64,000 nt of DNA from Paecilomyces variotii (Eukaryota). Numbering within the stretch: the stretch's first letter is position 1; every line of letters begins with the position of its first letter. Below the pieces are notes generated by a model, which was given only the letters and a program-made list of their open reading frames with translations, was not told the origin of the DNA and searched no databases. Of this stretch, positions 51,352-64,000 are shown piece after piece. A program made the position numbers and the translations under genes. The stretch lies in the NCBI GenBank assembly GCA_004022145.1, contig RCNU01000005.1, one strand, 5' to 3'.

Positions 51352-52603
51352 TGTCCGAATACTTGCATAATTTCTTGGACATCACTGCCACGAAGCTCCT
51401 GCGATTGGGTTCATTCCCCGATGATATAGGGACTACACGCGAGTTCACCTCGGCGATCGCGAAAGAAGGTCGAGACAGTTGGGATCCGGAGAAAGGCTCG
51501 TCGTAGAGCTAAAAGGACATGTTCTAGCCAACCGGACTTTCTACCCTGAAACGAAAATGGCAATAATCCTAATATCGCGTTTCTCCCTAAGACGCATGCA
51601 TCACGCAAATAATTTCGTCTGTGTATTCCACCTTCATCCTCTCTTTCCCTAGCAGGGAAGGAGAGATAATGTCTTGTTCTGCCTCATTCTTACCATTATC
51701 ATTCGTCATGAATAATACCTGCAACATCCCCTTCCCATTATTTGGAGTACGTCATTGTGGCATTTCCTCGTGTGTTCTCTCTCCCTTTTCTTTTCCCTTT
51801 ATTCCCCCGTCCCAAGTCCGCCATCGGCTTTTTCTGTGTAGTTACTGTACCCCCGTCATCGGTCATTATTACCCCCCCTTGTCCTCTCTTTTTGTTCTCG
51901 CAGCCTCCTGTTATTCCCATCTCGCGGTATTCAAGCCCGTCCTGCTCTTGCTGTCTTTTTGTTTTCTTGACCTGTGTTTTGCCTATGCATCCAGTGTTAG
52001 ATGCATGTATGTACTAAACTACCATTCAATCCCATTCTCATGACATAATATTAAATCCCCTGCATTCCACTTTTTTTTTCGTTCTTGGATATATTATGTT
52101 TTTGTATATACTCATCGTATGGACTGTTGCTGCTAACTTGGTCCGTTTTTATCTGATGTGTTCAACCCTAGTTTTAATATATATTGTCATGCAATTAATG
52201 AATTGGTTCACTTTTTAACCTCGATTACTCTGGTTATAGGATATAACCTACTAGATCCTCTACGAGCTATGTTCTTTGTATGCTTGGGAAATGAATAATG
52301 GGATGTACCGTTGCTTCTGCGTCGTTTAGGATCCGACACTTTGTGCTACAGGTGTGGGCATTCAATAAAGGCGCAGGAAATGGAACTAAAAATATTTATG
52401 ATATGGATATCCACAAGATGTATAAGTTATTTATACACCGGATGAAGTAGTGATTAAGATAGATCCTCAAAGATGAAACTCCACACCTGTCCCTTTTGCC
52501 CTGCTTTGAAAGCGCAAACAATCAGACATTGTTCTGTACATGTATTACATGGTATAGAATCGTCAGAGATAAAGAAAGAACATTCGAATCCTTTTTTTCT
52601 TCT

Positions 52604-54918
52604 TCACACTCTCATCGCTCGTGTCGTCTTATCGTAGAAATCAAGAGTCATTGCGGCCAGGAAACAAGGGATGTCCTTTCTCTCTTCGACCCAGAATTTG
52701 ATGAGGTGCTTGATTTCGAGGGCAAACAAGCTGTTGGGACCACCTGAAATTTTCATGGTTCCGTTTTCACCGTCAAATATGATCGAGTTCTCCTCTCCGT
52801 TACCCATACTGCCGGGTCCCCTCGAGTCTGCGGAGGCGTGGTCGCCGTGTCGGTAGGCAGATGAGAGATGGAACATGGATGTGACTCGCACACGGCCGTT
52901 AGGGAGGAAATCCAGCTTGTATCCCAGCACGGAGGCGACGGCCTCTCGGAACTCGGATGATTTGGCTGTCCAGATCTCCTTTAGACGACGCATGCGCTTC
53001 TCTTTCTCTGCGACAGTCCTCTCCATCTCCTGCAGCTCGAGCTTCATGCTCTCGAGAGCGCTGACCGGGACGACCTTGACATTTCCGTGGCCGCCTTGCA
53101 ACTGAGCCAAGAGGTCACGGTTCTCTGCCTTCAAGGTCCGTATAGTGGACATTTTGAGGTTTTCTGCCTCTGCTGTCGGGTTATCGCGGAGCTCGAGGAT
53201 GCGAGTCCGTGACTGTGCCTGGAGAGAGTTGAGATGGGACTTTGCAGCCTCTAGTTCACGACGTAACAGCTCTTTCTTCTGCTCCGACTTGGACAGTGCA
53301 TCCTGCAGCGTTCGGTTCTTTCGAACCATCACTGCTAGGCGCTCACTTTCTGCATCACTCTCTGCCGGGGAAAGGGGGCGTTTGGTCCCGCGTGCCTGGG
53401 ATTCATCTTGCGTGGATGACTCCCGCTTCGACAGTTCCTCGTGCGCCTTCTGTAGCTCCACACGATACTCATCAACGAGACTCTCCAGTTGCGCAATCTG
53501 TTGCGATTTCTGCTCGTCAAATCGACTTTCGTCGGCGTTCATGGTGACTTCCTCCGTATCGAATGTCTTCAGTTGTTCACGGAGATACTCGACTTCTTTA
53601 ACGGCAAGAGCACGCTGCCGTTCCAATCGGGCCTTGACGCGACTATCCATAGCTCCACCAGCAGCAGGTGCAGCGGTACGAAGCTTTTCGATTTCTTTTT
53701 TCAGATTGGCTCGATCAGATTCGAGACTTTTGATAATCTCGTCTTTCTCCACGAGCTGCGGCTCAACGCTGCCGAGCTGGTCGACAAGAGATGCCTTCTC
53801 AATTCTCTCCTGTACTAGAGTCCTCACAACAGCTTCGGGAGAATCGAACTCCGCCGGCTGACCATCGACTTCTAACAAACTGGTCCATGTTTTCCTCTCA
53901 TCTTCCAGGATCTGCTTCTGAATCTGAAGGCTTCCAAGCTCTGACTCCAGATCCTTCATTAACTGCAACTGGCTTTCGAGGGATCTCTTTTCCTCTTGGA
54001 CGACTTCGACATTTTTCCCGATCTTCCGCAAGCGTCTAAGCTCAGCAGATTGCTCTCTGTTCGTAGTTTCCAAAGACCTCATATGAGCGACCTGCTCAGA
54101 GAGTTCCCGCTTCAAGATTGCAAGTGCCTCTGGGTCGCTTCCCTCGGCTTTGAGGCGCAGATTCTCCGTCTCTAAAGCCGCAACATCTGATTCTCGCTCC
54201 GTGAGACGTTCCTGCGTAGCTTGCAAGGTATTTCTCACTTCTTCCAGATCATTCTGCAATTCGGACAGTGTTTGCTGTAGGGATGAACGAACGGTCTCCA
54301 GCTCTTGAATCTGATACTTGTATTGTCTCTCGTGATCCGACAGCTGCCCTTGCACATCATCGACGTCTTCCCGTAGGGATTGATTTTCATCCTGTAGTGT
54401 CCTGATCTTTCTCTCTAATGTTGCTTTCTCGTTCAATGCGAAATCTTGCGCTTCTTTGAGCTCTTTCGCTAGGGCTTCATTTTTGTGCTGCGCTCGATGG
54501 CTTGCCGTTTCCGCAGCCTGACATGAACCTCTGTCAGTATTCAGACTACCTCTGTTGCCGAGTACGAATACCAACCTGTGCCTTTCGAAAGTCCGCATCA
54601 GCTTTGGCTTGAAGGTCGCGTAGTTCCTTCTCATGGCGCAGTGCCGTTAAATCACGCTCTTGTTTGATATTCTCGAGTTCATAGCGCAACGTATTCACTT
54701 GCACACGTAATTCCTCATTCTCAAAGTCTGAAAGGCGCATGAGCCCCCGTTGGTTGCTTCCTTCTCCATGTGGATCGTGGCTCACCTGGTTTGGGGTGTT
54801 GAACAGGACGAACGGACTGTCGGAAGGCGTTCTGCGCGCCGGGTGTGGAAGGTGAGGAAGAATGGCCGGTAATAGAATCGGATCTTCGCAGCCTAGTGGA
54901 TGCCCTGCCTGTATTCAT
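52604..54918 (-). CDS. mad1: Spindle assembly checkpoint protein Mad1, 3 exons
   Basis: Long coiled coil, RILELRDNP (Mad2-binding region), RLK motif in RMRRLKEIWTAKSSEFREAVASVLGY, and C-terminal IPCFLAAMTLDFY. Confidence 0.93.
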
Positions 54919-55163
54919 CTGAAATGTGTTAATAGAGTGCTCTCCGCAGGCAGGCAGTGAATAGCAATGCTCACGTTGGCGCAATCGGGCTTTCAGATAA
55001 GAAGTGTCAGGTAGCAACACTAGCTATGACAGCTTACAACAAAGAAAACAAATCGATAGATAACAAATACATTAATACGCGACCAGCGACAGCTCCATGA
55101 AAACAGGCCGCGGTCGAGCCGCGAGTTCTCTTGCGCTGACTTGCGCTCTCATTATTGTTTTGG

Positions 55164-55277
55164 AGTTAGTTAACTAACTTAGAGAGATGAGACGCGGACG
55201 GATGACTAAGCACGAACCATTGGCCACTGCCAGCTCGGAACCGAATCGGGCATAGCGCCAAAATTTCAAAATTTCGG
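55164..55277. promoter_or_regulatory. Bidirectional mad1/nhp2 promoter with a 16-bp palindrome and PAC-like and RRPE-like motifs
   Basis: AGTTAGTTAACTAACT at 55164-55179, GATGAG at 55186, tandem AAAATTTC at 55260-55275. Confidence 0.45.
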
Positions 55278-55418
55278 ACTGGATCCAGCACTATTCAATA
55301 TTTCGAAACTGCGAGGATTCAAAGGTCTTACTGACCCCGGTCTACGACACCCACCCCGCACCATTATCCTCCGAATTTATTCCAGTCAGTGAGTGTCAAG
55401 GCTCGCCATATCTACACA

Positions 55419-56276
55419 ATGGCGAAGGACAGGGTCGACAAGGAGAAGAAGCGTGAGAAGAAGGACAAGAAGCGCGCCGAGACCGATGGCGTTCACAAGT
55501 CCAAGAAGGACAAGAAAAGCAAGACTCTTTCCGAAGCCGCTGAGAAGGAGCTCACTACTAAGGTCCTTGAAGGCCTTGACAAGGCCGATGCTGCTACCAA
55601 CGGCGATGTCGAGGTGATCCAGGCGGATGCCATGGAGGTCGAGGCTCGTCCAGTCGGTGCACTGGTACCGTTCGCCAACCCGCTGGTTGAGGACAAGACT
55701 GCAAAGAAAGTGCTCAAGAGCGTCAAGAAAGGTATGCCCTGATTCCTGTTGCAAAAGGCACTGTACCCAGAGAGCATCTGCTGTTTTTACTGCATTGGAT
55801 CCTCTCTTGTTCTTGTCCCCGTCCGTTGGACCGCTTATTGTTGGGACCGCCACACGTGTAACTGCAGGATATGCACTGACGTCTCACTAGCGGCTGCGAA
55901 CAAATCGCTCAAGCGCGGTGTCAAGGAAGTCGTCAAGGCTCTCCGAAAGTCTCCAATTCCGGCAGCAAACGCTCCGATCACCACCCCTGCCGGCATTGTC
56001 GTTCTGGCTGCAGACATCTCTCCGATGGATGTTATCTCCCACATTCCTGTTCTCTGCGAGGATCACGGCATTCCCTACGTCTACGTCACCTCCCGGGCAG
56101 AGTTGGGTAGCGCGGGCGCAACGAAACGTCCTACCAGTGTGGTTATGGTGGTCCCCAAGTCCTCCGGCAAGAGCAAGAAGAAGGACGGAGAATCTGAGGG
56201 TGACGAGGACTTCAGCAAGGTCTATGATGAGCTCTTGAAGATTGTGGAGAAGGAGACGAAGCGAGTAAAGGTCTAG
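55419..56276 (+). CDS. nhp2: H/ACA snoRNP protein Nhp2 (L7Ae family); intron 55732-55890
   Basis: VPFANPL, LKRGVKEVVKALRK, LAADISPMDVISHIPVLCEDHGIPY, LGSAGATKRPTS. Confidence 0.95.
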
Positions 56277-57600
56277 ACGGCACCTTTCCCTCGGCATTTC
56301 TTCGGTTATTCGGTTTCAATGCTCCGGTTTATGCTGTACATTTTTTCTGTTTTCTCTATGACCAGGCAGCGCATGTCTTTGGGGGTCTTTGCTTCCGACG
56401 ACCACGGGATATCTTTCTGATAGGTCTTTTTGCGAATGCGGCGTTTTAGTATTGGTGTACAAAAAGGCAGGAAAGAAAAAAGAACGAGAACCCAATAAAA
56501 CACAACGGAACTAATCCTCAGTTACTGTCCCGTCACTTTCTGCTGTCAAAAAGTAAAAATAGAAACCGAACCCGGATCCCGAAGGTACAGTACGTGGGTG
56601 ATCGGGTTTACGGCCAACTTAATCATTACTGTTATCGGATATCCCGCTGTCTCACTGCTCTGTGCCTGAATATTGAAGCTTCTCGATGCCGATTGAGATG
56701 CCGACGAATCAGTCTACTAGTAAGCGCGAGTCGGCCGTTAGCGGATACACGAACACGCGCTTCTCAATCCACATTGGACCTCCTATCTCTCCGACACTGG
56801 CCAGCAGAAAGATGAGACCCCACTGATATGCCCGTTTGTTATGATCAAGGTTAAGCCGTGTTTCCCGGTATGCTTGCAAGAGGAAGAATAAAGAATAATG
56901 AACGGCATGCCCTTGTATGAAAGGCTCCACCAGCACAAGTGTCGACCAAAATAATGCCGTTGATGGCGCGCATAACCTTCTAGAACGACAGCAGCGTTCT
57001 CCCCAAATGAAACAGAAGCGCCACCGTTAATGCTGAACAGGGCAATGATGGACACGACACACATGGAATCGATAATGACCAAGTCAATTATTCCAGCACG
57101 CGCTGGCATAACTCGGTTCCAAATTCCCGGTCAAGTTAAGACAGGAGACTCACAAAATGCCCGTCGAACTTGCCGGAAACCAGTGAAACGGTCCCAACTT
57201 GAGTTGCTGTCAGATAACTTGCCGGGGCCCTTTGGACGTCGATCCAGAGTCCTTGCCATCCCAGCGCTATCCACGCTCGTTGCATGCTTGTCACTGGCTG
57301 GCTCTAAAGGCGCCGTGGAGCTTGTTTTCTCAAAAGATGCTAGGTTTCATGGAAAGCACGGAGTACTGCCAGACTATCATCCAACGAAGGTGGGTAGACC
57401 CCGCCAGGGAAGTCTTGAAGAAGATGCCACATGGGCGGTGTTGGAGGAGGGACATAGAAGGAAGAGGATAAATAGTCCGGCTATGGTAGCACTCGAGCTC
57501 ATTGTTTCGAGCTCATTATTCTCGGCCAGGACCTTTATCTGACGCTCTGATAACCCCCTATCCTTTCTGTCTGCTACACTCACCCACCTATCTGTCCAAT

Positions 57601-60600
57601 ATGGCAGACTATGATAAAGCAACTGTGGGAAGGAGGCTGTTTGCCAGTGTCCTAGACGATCTCGCGCAGAAGTCACCAGATAAAAAGGCCTGCGTGATCC
57701 CTAAGGGTGCTGAGGTGTCTGATGGATTTCGTGATCTGACATTCAAGGAATTGGCCCACGCAGTCAACTACACTTCATGGTGGATTGAGAAGAAACTGGG
57801 GCGCAGCTCCAATCTCGAGACGCTGTCATACATGTCCGCCAACGATATTCGATACATTGTCTTTGTGATTGCTTGTAATAAAACCGGCTATAAAGTAAGT
57901 CTCTGAGAAGAATAACGCATAAAGTTCAATACCCTGGAATGAAGAAATGGCGACGGCTAATTTGATATTCTATAAAAGGCCCTGCTGCCTTCGACAAGAA
58001 ATTCGGATGATGCCTTCCTTCACCTGCTCAAGGCCACAGAATGCAACAAGTTTATCTGCGGCCCAGAAAGGAAAGCAAGAGTTCTCGATGTCAAAAAACT
58101 CAGACCCGATCTCGAGGTAATCGAGATTCCTTCTCTGGCAGAAATGCTCGCAAGTGAAACACAACATTACCCGTACGATAGGACCTATGAAGAGGCGGAG
58201 GACGAACCCTGCTTGATTATTCACAGTTCAGGGACAACAGGTATGTCTAAAAACATGCACATATATTCCTTGATTCAAAAGGCACGCCTAATCCTTTACC
58301 GCGCAGGAATCCCAAAGCCTGTTCCCCTTACGCATGGATTCGTAGCCTGTCTTGACAGGATGGCCTTTATACCTCACCCTCCCAATCGCCAGTCGACTAT
58401 ATGGTACGATCTCACCAGTGATGATCTCCTATTAAGCACCACCCCATTTTTCCACTTGATGGGCTTCATCCCCCTCGTGGAGGCGATATTCCACGGCCAA
58501 CCCTTCGTTACCGGCCCGGATAAGCCACTGGCAGTGGATTTCTTGGTTGATATTATGGAAGAGGCACGCCCCACGGCGGCGCTCTTGCCACCATCCCTTC
58601 TGGAAGAAATGAGCCACTCCGATCGTGCTGTTGAGGCTATGTCTCATTTGAAGTATGTAGTCTTTGGCGGAGCACCCCTTTCCCCGGAGGTGGGCGAGAA
58701 GCTGCGCAAATACACCGGTATCCGGACGGTCATTGGCACTAGCGAGATTGGTATTATCCCATCTATGCTTCCACTTGACAAAGAAGACTGGGGATATTTT
58801 GACTTCAACCCCAACTGGAAACTCGATATGCAACCTGTTGGTGACGGCAGCTATGAACTTGTCATCCCGCGACCACCGACCCGCGACTATCACGGCATTT
58901 TCCACACCTTTCCGGATATCAATGAATACCGAACAAAGGATTCTTTTGTTCAGCATCCTAAAAAGCCAAATCTTTGGAAATATAACGGGCGCCTTGATGA
59001 TATTATAGTGCTCAGTAATGGTGAGAAGTTCAATCCGGTCACCATGGAAAAGACTATCGAGGCGCACCCCTTGGTATCTAGGGCCTTGGTCGTCGGCCAG
59101 GCTAGATTCCAATCTGCGCTTCTGATTGAACCCAACTGGAACCGATGGACTGGAGAGAAGCCTGACAGCGATCTCATTGAGGAAATCTGGTCCACTGTCC
59201 AGCAGGCCAACCATATCACTCTTGCTCACGGGCGAGTTGCAAAGAACAGGATCGGGCTGGCATCCAAAGACAAACCCTTCAAAACGACTCCAAAGGGCAC
59301 TACCCAGCGTCGTCTTGTCAACCAGGACTACGCAAAGGAAATAGATGCGATTTACGAGCAGCCTGACGAGGAGGGCCAGCTACCTGAAGTTTTGGATTTA
59401 GCTGGAGTTACTAGCTACGTCCATGGTCTCGTGTCAAAGAAGATGGAAAACCCACAATTATCTGAAAAAGATGATCTCTACGCCGCGGGCCTTGATTCCC
59501 TTCAGACAATGCAAATCGCCCAGATCCTCCAAAGTGCAGTCCGCTCTCGGTTTCCCGAGAAGAACTTCCGCGCCATCACTGCCCAGCAAGTATACGGGCA
59601 TCCCACCGTTGAACAGCTGGCTCAATACTTGAACCGCATAATCAGCGGCGAGACTGAAGAAGAACAAGGGTCTCGGGCTGAGAAGATCAGTGCTCTTTTG
59701 AAGAAGTATACCGCGGACCTCCCGGAGCAAAAGCTGGATGTGAGCAACGTTGGCACGACGCACACTGTTATCCTGACTGGATCAACTGGATCACTTGGCA
59801 ACTACCTCCTCAATGCACTCCTAAACGACCCACAGGTGGCTATGGTTTACTGCCTGAATCGGTCTGACGCTAAGGAAAGACAGGAGAAGAGTTTCCAGGA
59901 GAAGGGATTGAAGTTTGATGAAGAGGCGCGGTCTAAGGTCCAGTTCCTGCAAGTAGCATTCGGCGAAGAGAGGTTTGGCCTCGAAGAAAGCAAATACGAA
60001 GAACTGCTGCAGTCCGTCGATACGATCATCCATAACGCGTGGAAGGTTGACTTCAATCACTCAGTTTACTCATTCGAAGACGTGCATATCAGAGGCGTCC
60101 GCCGCTTTGTGGACTTCAGCTTGAAGAGCACTCACCACGCCCACATCCACTTCGTCTCCTCCGTAGGAGCCATCGCTGGTTGGAAACCCAAGCATGGCCC
60201 AGCCGTGCCAGAGGAGCCTCTGGAAAATGTCGAGGTCGTCCTGCCGCAGGGCTATGGTGAATCTAAGCATATCTCGGAGCGCATTTGTTATGAGGCTTCC
60301 CGTCGATCAGCCATCCCGACTACCATTCTTCGGGTCGGCCAGGTCGGAGGACCAACTACTGAGAAGGGCGCATGGAACCGACAGGAGTGGCTCCCTACTA
60401 TTGTCGCAACCTCAAAATCGATGGGCAAGGTCCCTAGTACGCTCGGCTCTGCACCTGTTGACTGGATCCCTGTTGTAAGTTGTGCTCATACATACCTACC
60501 TAGGCTTTGGGTAAGGTTATCGCTAACACTTTTGAAAAATAGGATACTCTCGCTAAGATCATTCTTGAACTTGCGGACACTCGTCGCAAGACTCAGTCTG

Positions 60601-60932
60601 ATTCCCGCTGTGAGGTGTTCCATCTAGTCAACCCGGCTACAACCACCTGGGCAGCTCTCATCCCCGCCGTCCAGAAGCACTACCCCGTCAAGCCCGTCGA
60701 ATTTTCAGACTGGATCCAGGAGCTCGAATCGATCGAGAACCCGTCCGATGAGGACATTGCCGCCAAGCCTGCCTTGAAGCTGCTGGACTTCTATCACGGT
60801 CTCAGCGGTGATGGTGCTCTATCCGCTCCACTTGAAGTGGGCAGAACTAAGGAAGCCAGTGCCACAATGAGGTCGCTGGGTCCTGTGGACGAGAAGCTGA
60901 TGGACACTTGGCTCAAGCAATGGGCATTCTAG
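57601..60932 (+). CDS. NRPS-like carboxylic acid reductase (A-T-R), 4 exons
   Basis: A domain HSSGTTG|IPKP, YRTKD and GRLDDIIVLSNGEK. Carrier motif GLDSL. Reductase ILTGSTGSLG, HNAWKVDFN, GYGESK, RVGQVGG and DWIPV. Confidence 0.93.
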
Positions 60933-61561
60933 AAGATATTATGCCGGGATTCCATGACAATGTCATGACCGGAGATGATATGAAGCTTGGCGTTCGATCT
61001 GTTTTACTTACCCTTAGCGGTCAAGGAAGCATGTAAGAATTGTGACTGAGGTTCCAGGCCTATGTTGGAGCTTTGCTTTTTATATACTCAAAGTTGCTTT
61101 TTTAGCCGCAAGCGTCATAGAGAATTTCAATTATTGGTATATTTATCAATTTGACCGATACACAGCAACAAGCACATCTGTAGATAGTTACCATATACAG
61201 TTATACAATCAAGGAGACCAAAAGCGCATGGTCACGAGCGCAAGCCTTGTAAGCACTAATACGGAAACCTCGAGCGCTAAGCTCGCAAAAGTCTTGCAAG
61301 ACCCGAACCAGAACGACGCCAGCGAATTCAAGAGCTGCCGACCGAATGCGTGCGATCAAATGATTGTCGGAGGTTTGATTTAAATCTTAGTAAGATTGAC
61401 AACGCTAATCTTCTCTAACTATTCCAAATGCCCAAGCCAGTAACTAAGCGTTGTATATATGTATATATGGATATGAGCAGCGATCTTTTAATACCTCGTC
61501 CATTTGCCCTGAATTTAACGATTAGAATTAGAATCTATACTGTTCATATCCGCTTTCGCAG

Positions 61562-62469
61562 ATGGCTCCAACGATTGTGATCACTGGGTGCACTGAAGGT
61601 AGCATTGGCTACTACTTAGCGAAAGAGTTCTCATCTCGAGGATACGACGTCTTCGCCACAGCTCGTCGACCGGATTCGACAGGAGATCTCCAGGATTGCG
61701 CCGGTGTCACCGTTCTGCCTCTCGATATAACGAGCAAGGATTCCATCCAGAAGCTATATGAGGATGTGAGCTCAAAAACAAACGGCAAACTCGACATCCT
61801 CTACAACAATGCCGGAAAGATGAAAAGGATCATGGCGATTGACAGCACTCGAGAGCAAGCTGAGGATACGTTCAACACGAATCTCTTCGGTGTGATTGAA
61901 CTCAACACCACATTCGCAGACCTAGTCATTGCTGCCAAAGGAAGATTTGTTTTCACTGGAAGTTGTGGGGCGATCGCGCCCGTTCCTACGCTGTCCATCT
62001 ATAATGCATCAAAGGCGGCTCTTCATGCTTATATAAATACTCTGCGCATCGAAATGAGCCCCTTTGGTGTAGAGGTCGTAAATGTCATCACAGGAGGGGT
62101 GAAGTCGCATATATGGAATGCTGAGAGGATCTCCAAGGAAGGTTAGTAGTATGGAGCCCTGTGTATATGAAGTTAAGTGGTGTAATTTTAACGTATCTGT
62201 ACCTAGATTCTCCGTATACGTCTATCCAGGAGAAACTGGACGAGGCTAATGCCTCGAGTGCTAAGAGCTCCACGGATCCAGCCGTATATGCGAGGAAAGT
62301 TGTCTCGGCCATTGTGAGAAGAAATCCGCCTGCGGATATCTGGGCTGGGGCGGGTGCGTCAGTGTTTTGGTTCATTGATCGTCTGAATCTCAGATGGATG
62401 TACCGTTTTGTCTTTGCGAAGATGTATGGACTAGATTCACTCTGTACATCTCAAGACAAGTCTAGGTGA
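61562..62469 (+). CDS. Classical short-chain dehydrogenase/reductase (Ayr1-like), 1 intron
   Basis: ITGCTEGSIG, FATARR (NADPH preference), LYNNAG, YNASKAA, LRIEMSPFGV. Confidence 0.92.
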
Positions 62470-62686
62470 TGTTTTTTGTCCACTACCATGCGGGGGGAAA
62501 CATGGCGCAGTTACCTAGCTCAGTTGCATACCAGATATCATCCGATCAATGAATCTTTCCACTTTCTCGCATGCGGCCCAGTTTTTGAGATGCTTGGAGG
62601 CGAGCAATTGTTGATCGGCGCTAGGTCTCCCGATGTTTAACATCGAAATATGATCATACCCCAAATTGGAGCCTTCAATTGGCCAG

Positions 62687-64000
62687 AACCAATGCAGCGG
62701 CCTCCAGAGGCCGTGCGCAAAATGTGCAAAGGCCGGTCTAGAATGTTCGGAGAAAAGACCTGTGAGATGGGTTAAGGGTGTGGCCATCCGGGGCAAGATG
62801 CGGGGTGTGTCCCTGGAGGATGGACACGCTGATGCTAGGGGATCAAATAACCTTAAGCAGAGAGTCAAGCATACTAAACCTCTTATCGAACCTAGTACAT
62901 GTGTGATCGGAAGAGATGTTAAACATGGCGGTAGGCTTCTCTCATGCCCATCGTTATTCACTGGTATTCTCTAGCACTGTCCGCATAGTAATGTCTATCA
63001 TATAGTCTAATGAACTAGAGCTAATTTACATACAGAATCTCGCATAATGCATTTCGACAACTCTTCGCCAAATTTGCCAGTCGTTCTGGGAGACCCTTCT
63101 ATCTCAAACTTGAATGAAGCGGGTAGATATTACCTTGATTATTGTAAGTGCAATTATCAATCTGCTCTTCGAGACGTATCCACAGGCCTAATATGAGAGA
63201 ACAGATAATGGTCACATATGCAAGCTCTTCATCGTGTACGACAGCGAAGAGAACCCCTTCCGGAGTCTAATTGCTCTTGCTTTGGAAGACTCTATTCTCT
63301 TACAATCAGTCCTTGCTCTAGCAGCATGTCACAAAGCCAACACAGGCCGGTCCTTTCATCAGTCAGAAATGACGAGGTCTGTCGAGACGATAAAGGCCCA
63401 ACAGGACGCACTATCTTTCAAGTGCCGCGCTATGAAAGAACTTTCGGGTGCTCTCCACGAAGCGATCTTACACAGACGAGACAGTACAGTGGCTAGCATA
63501 TTCCTTCTGATATTCCTGGATCTCTTAGAGTCCGGAAGTGATAGATGGAACTTTCATCTTGAAGGCGCTAAGCGCTTGATGTCATCATTCCAAGTGTCAG
63601 CCCAGCCGCAGAACGGAATCAGCCAGGATCCGGGCGAACAGTGCAGCGAATACGCAGCTTCATCACCAAGCAGATCTACTTGTATGTCTACCTCACGGTG
63701 TTGATTTGAAACGCACACGTTTATTATTATGATATGTTGCTAATGGAGCATCAGGATTGAAACCCTTGGAGCAACCTTTGTGCGTCCAAAATTAATTTCC
63801 CAGTATTCTTCCTCGGTCTATCCAGATATATCATTACAAGAAACGGTGGAACGATCCTTTCTTGGATGCCCAGGATATCTGCTCAACGCAATACAATTCT
63901 TCTCGCTCAAGAGAGACATCATTGCTAGCTCGGAGCCGTTCGATCAAGGCACTCTTACGGACCATATACAAGATACAGACCGCATGCTCGAATCTATACG
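62687..64000 (+). pseudogene. Zn2Cys6 / Fungal_trans_2 transcription factor, apparently 5'-truncated and frameshifted; runs off the window end
   Basis: QCSGLQRPCAKCAKAGLECSEKRPVRWVKGVAIRGKMRG carries only Cys3-6. Also YDSEENPFRSLI and WNFHLEGAKRL. A one-base frameshift near 63632 separates these from RTVQRIRSFITKQIYL|IETLG...FLGCP. Confidence 0.7.

Noticed and set aside
53145-53861. 238-aa plus-strand ORF and similar long antisense or alternate-frame ORFs (58432-59229, 43016-43807, 9314-9979)
   Set aside because: These are shadows of real genes produced by codon bias, with no recognisable motifs.
56594-57542. Short ORFs between nhp2 and the CAR
   Set aside because: No family motif or consistent exon structure was recognised. 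A very decayed gene cannot be excluded without blastx.
58241-58306. Apparent 22-aa insertion in the CAR P-loop
   Set aside because: It is a 66-nt in-frame intron (GTATGT...CTAAT...CAG).
1-64000. tRNA, rRNA, transposase, LTR or TIR elements
   Set aside because: None recognised on either strand by inspection. tRNAscan-SE and RepeatMasker would be needed to exclude short or degenerate copies.

Overview
Intron-rich DNA from a filamentous ascomycete, most likely Eurotiales (Aspergillus/Paecilomyces/Talaromyces-like). The species cannot be fixed from sequence alone. I reconstructed about 21 intact protein genes by joining exons at GT-AG introns. Housekeeping-type genes: Galpha fadA/gpaA, an Smr nuclease, GGPP synthase, SIN Cdc14, Sam35/metaxin, copper-fist Mac1, Mic10, Urb2, a TM-SH3 protein, a Cak1/Csk1-like kinase, Syp1, Mad1 and Nhp2. 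Accessory or metabolic genes: a Baeyer-Villiger monooxygenase, a kinase-like orphan, an NCS1 permease, two OPT transporters, a D-2-hydroxyacid dehydrogenase, a His-phosphatase, an NRPS-like carboxylic acid reductase and an SDR. Four broken genes: a methyltransferase remnant, a coiled-coil family remnant, a dipeptidyl-peptidase III remnant and a frameshifted Zn2Cys6 factor. I saw no tRNA, rRNA, CRISPR array or intact transposon. Best leads: (1) an AUG-less upstream exon that splices in frame to add a signal-peptide-like segment to the TM-SH3 protein; (2) a KIX-like domain fused to the CAK-like kinase; (3) a CCaaX lipidation tail on the Smr nuclease; (4) a GATA/UaY-marked nitrogen-scavenging neighbourhood with a decayed peptidase; (5) a CAR-SDR-TF mini-cluster whose regulator looks broken. 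All family assignments come from motifs recognised by eye, not from database searches.
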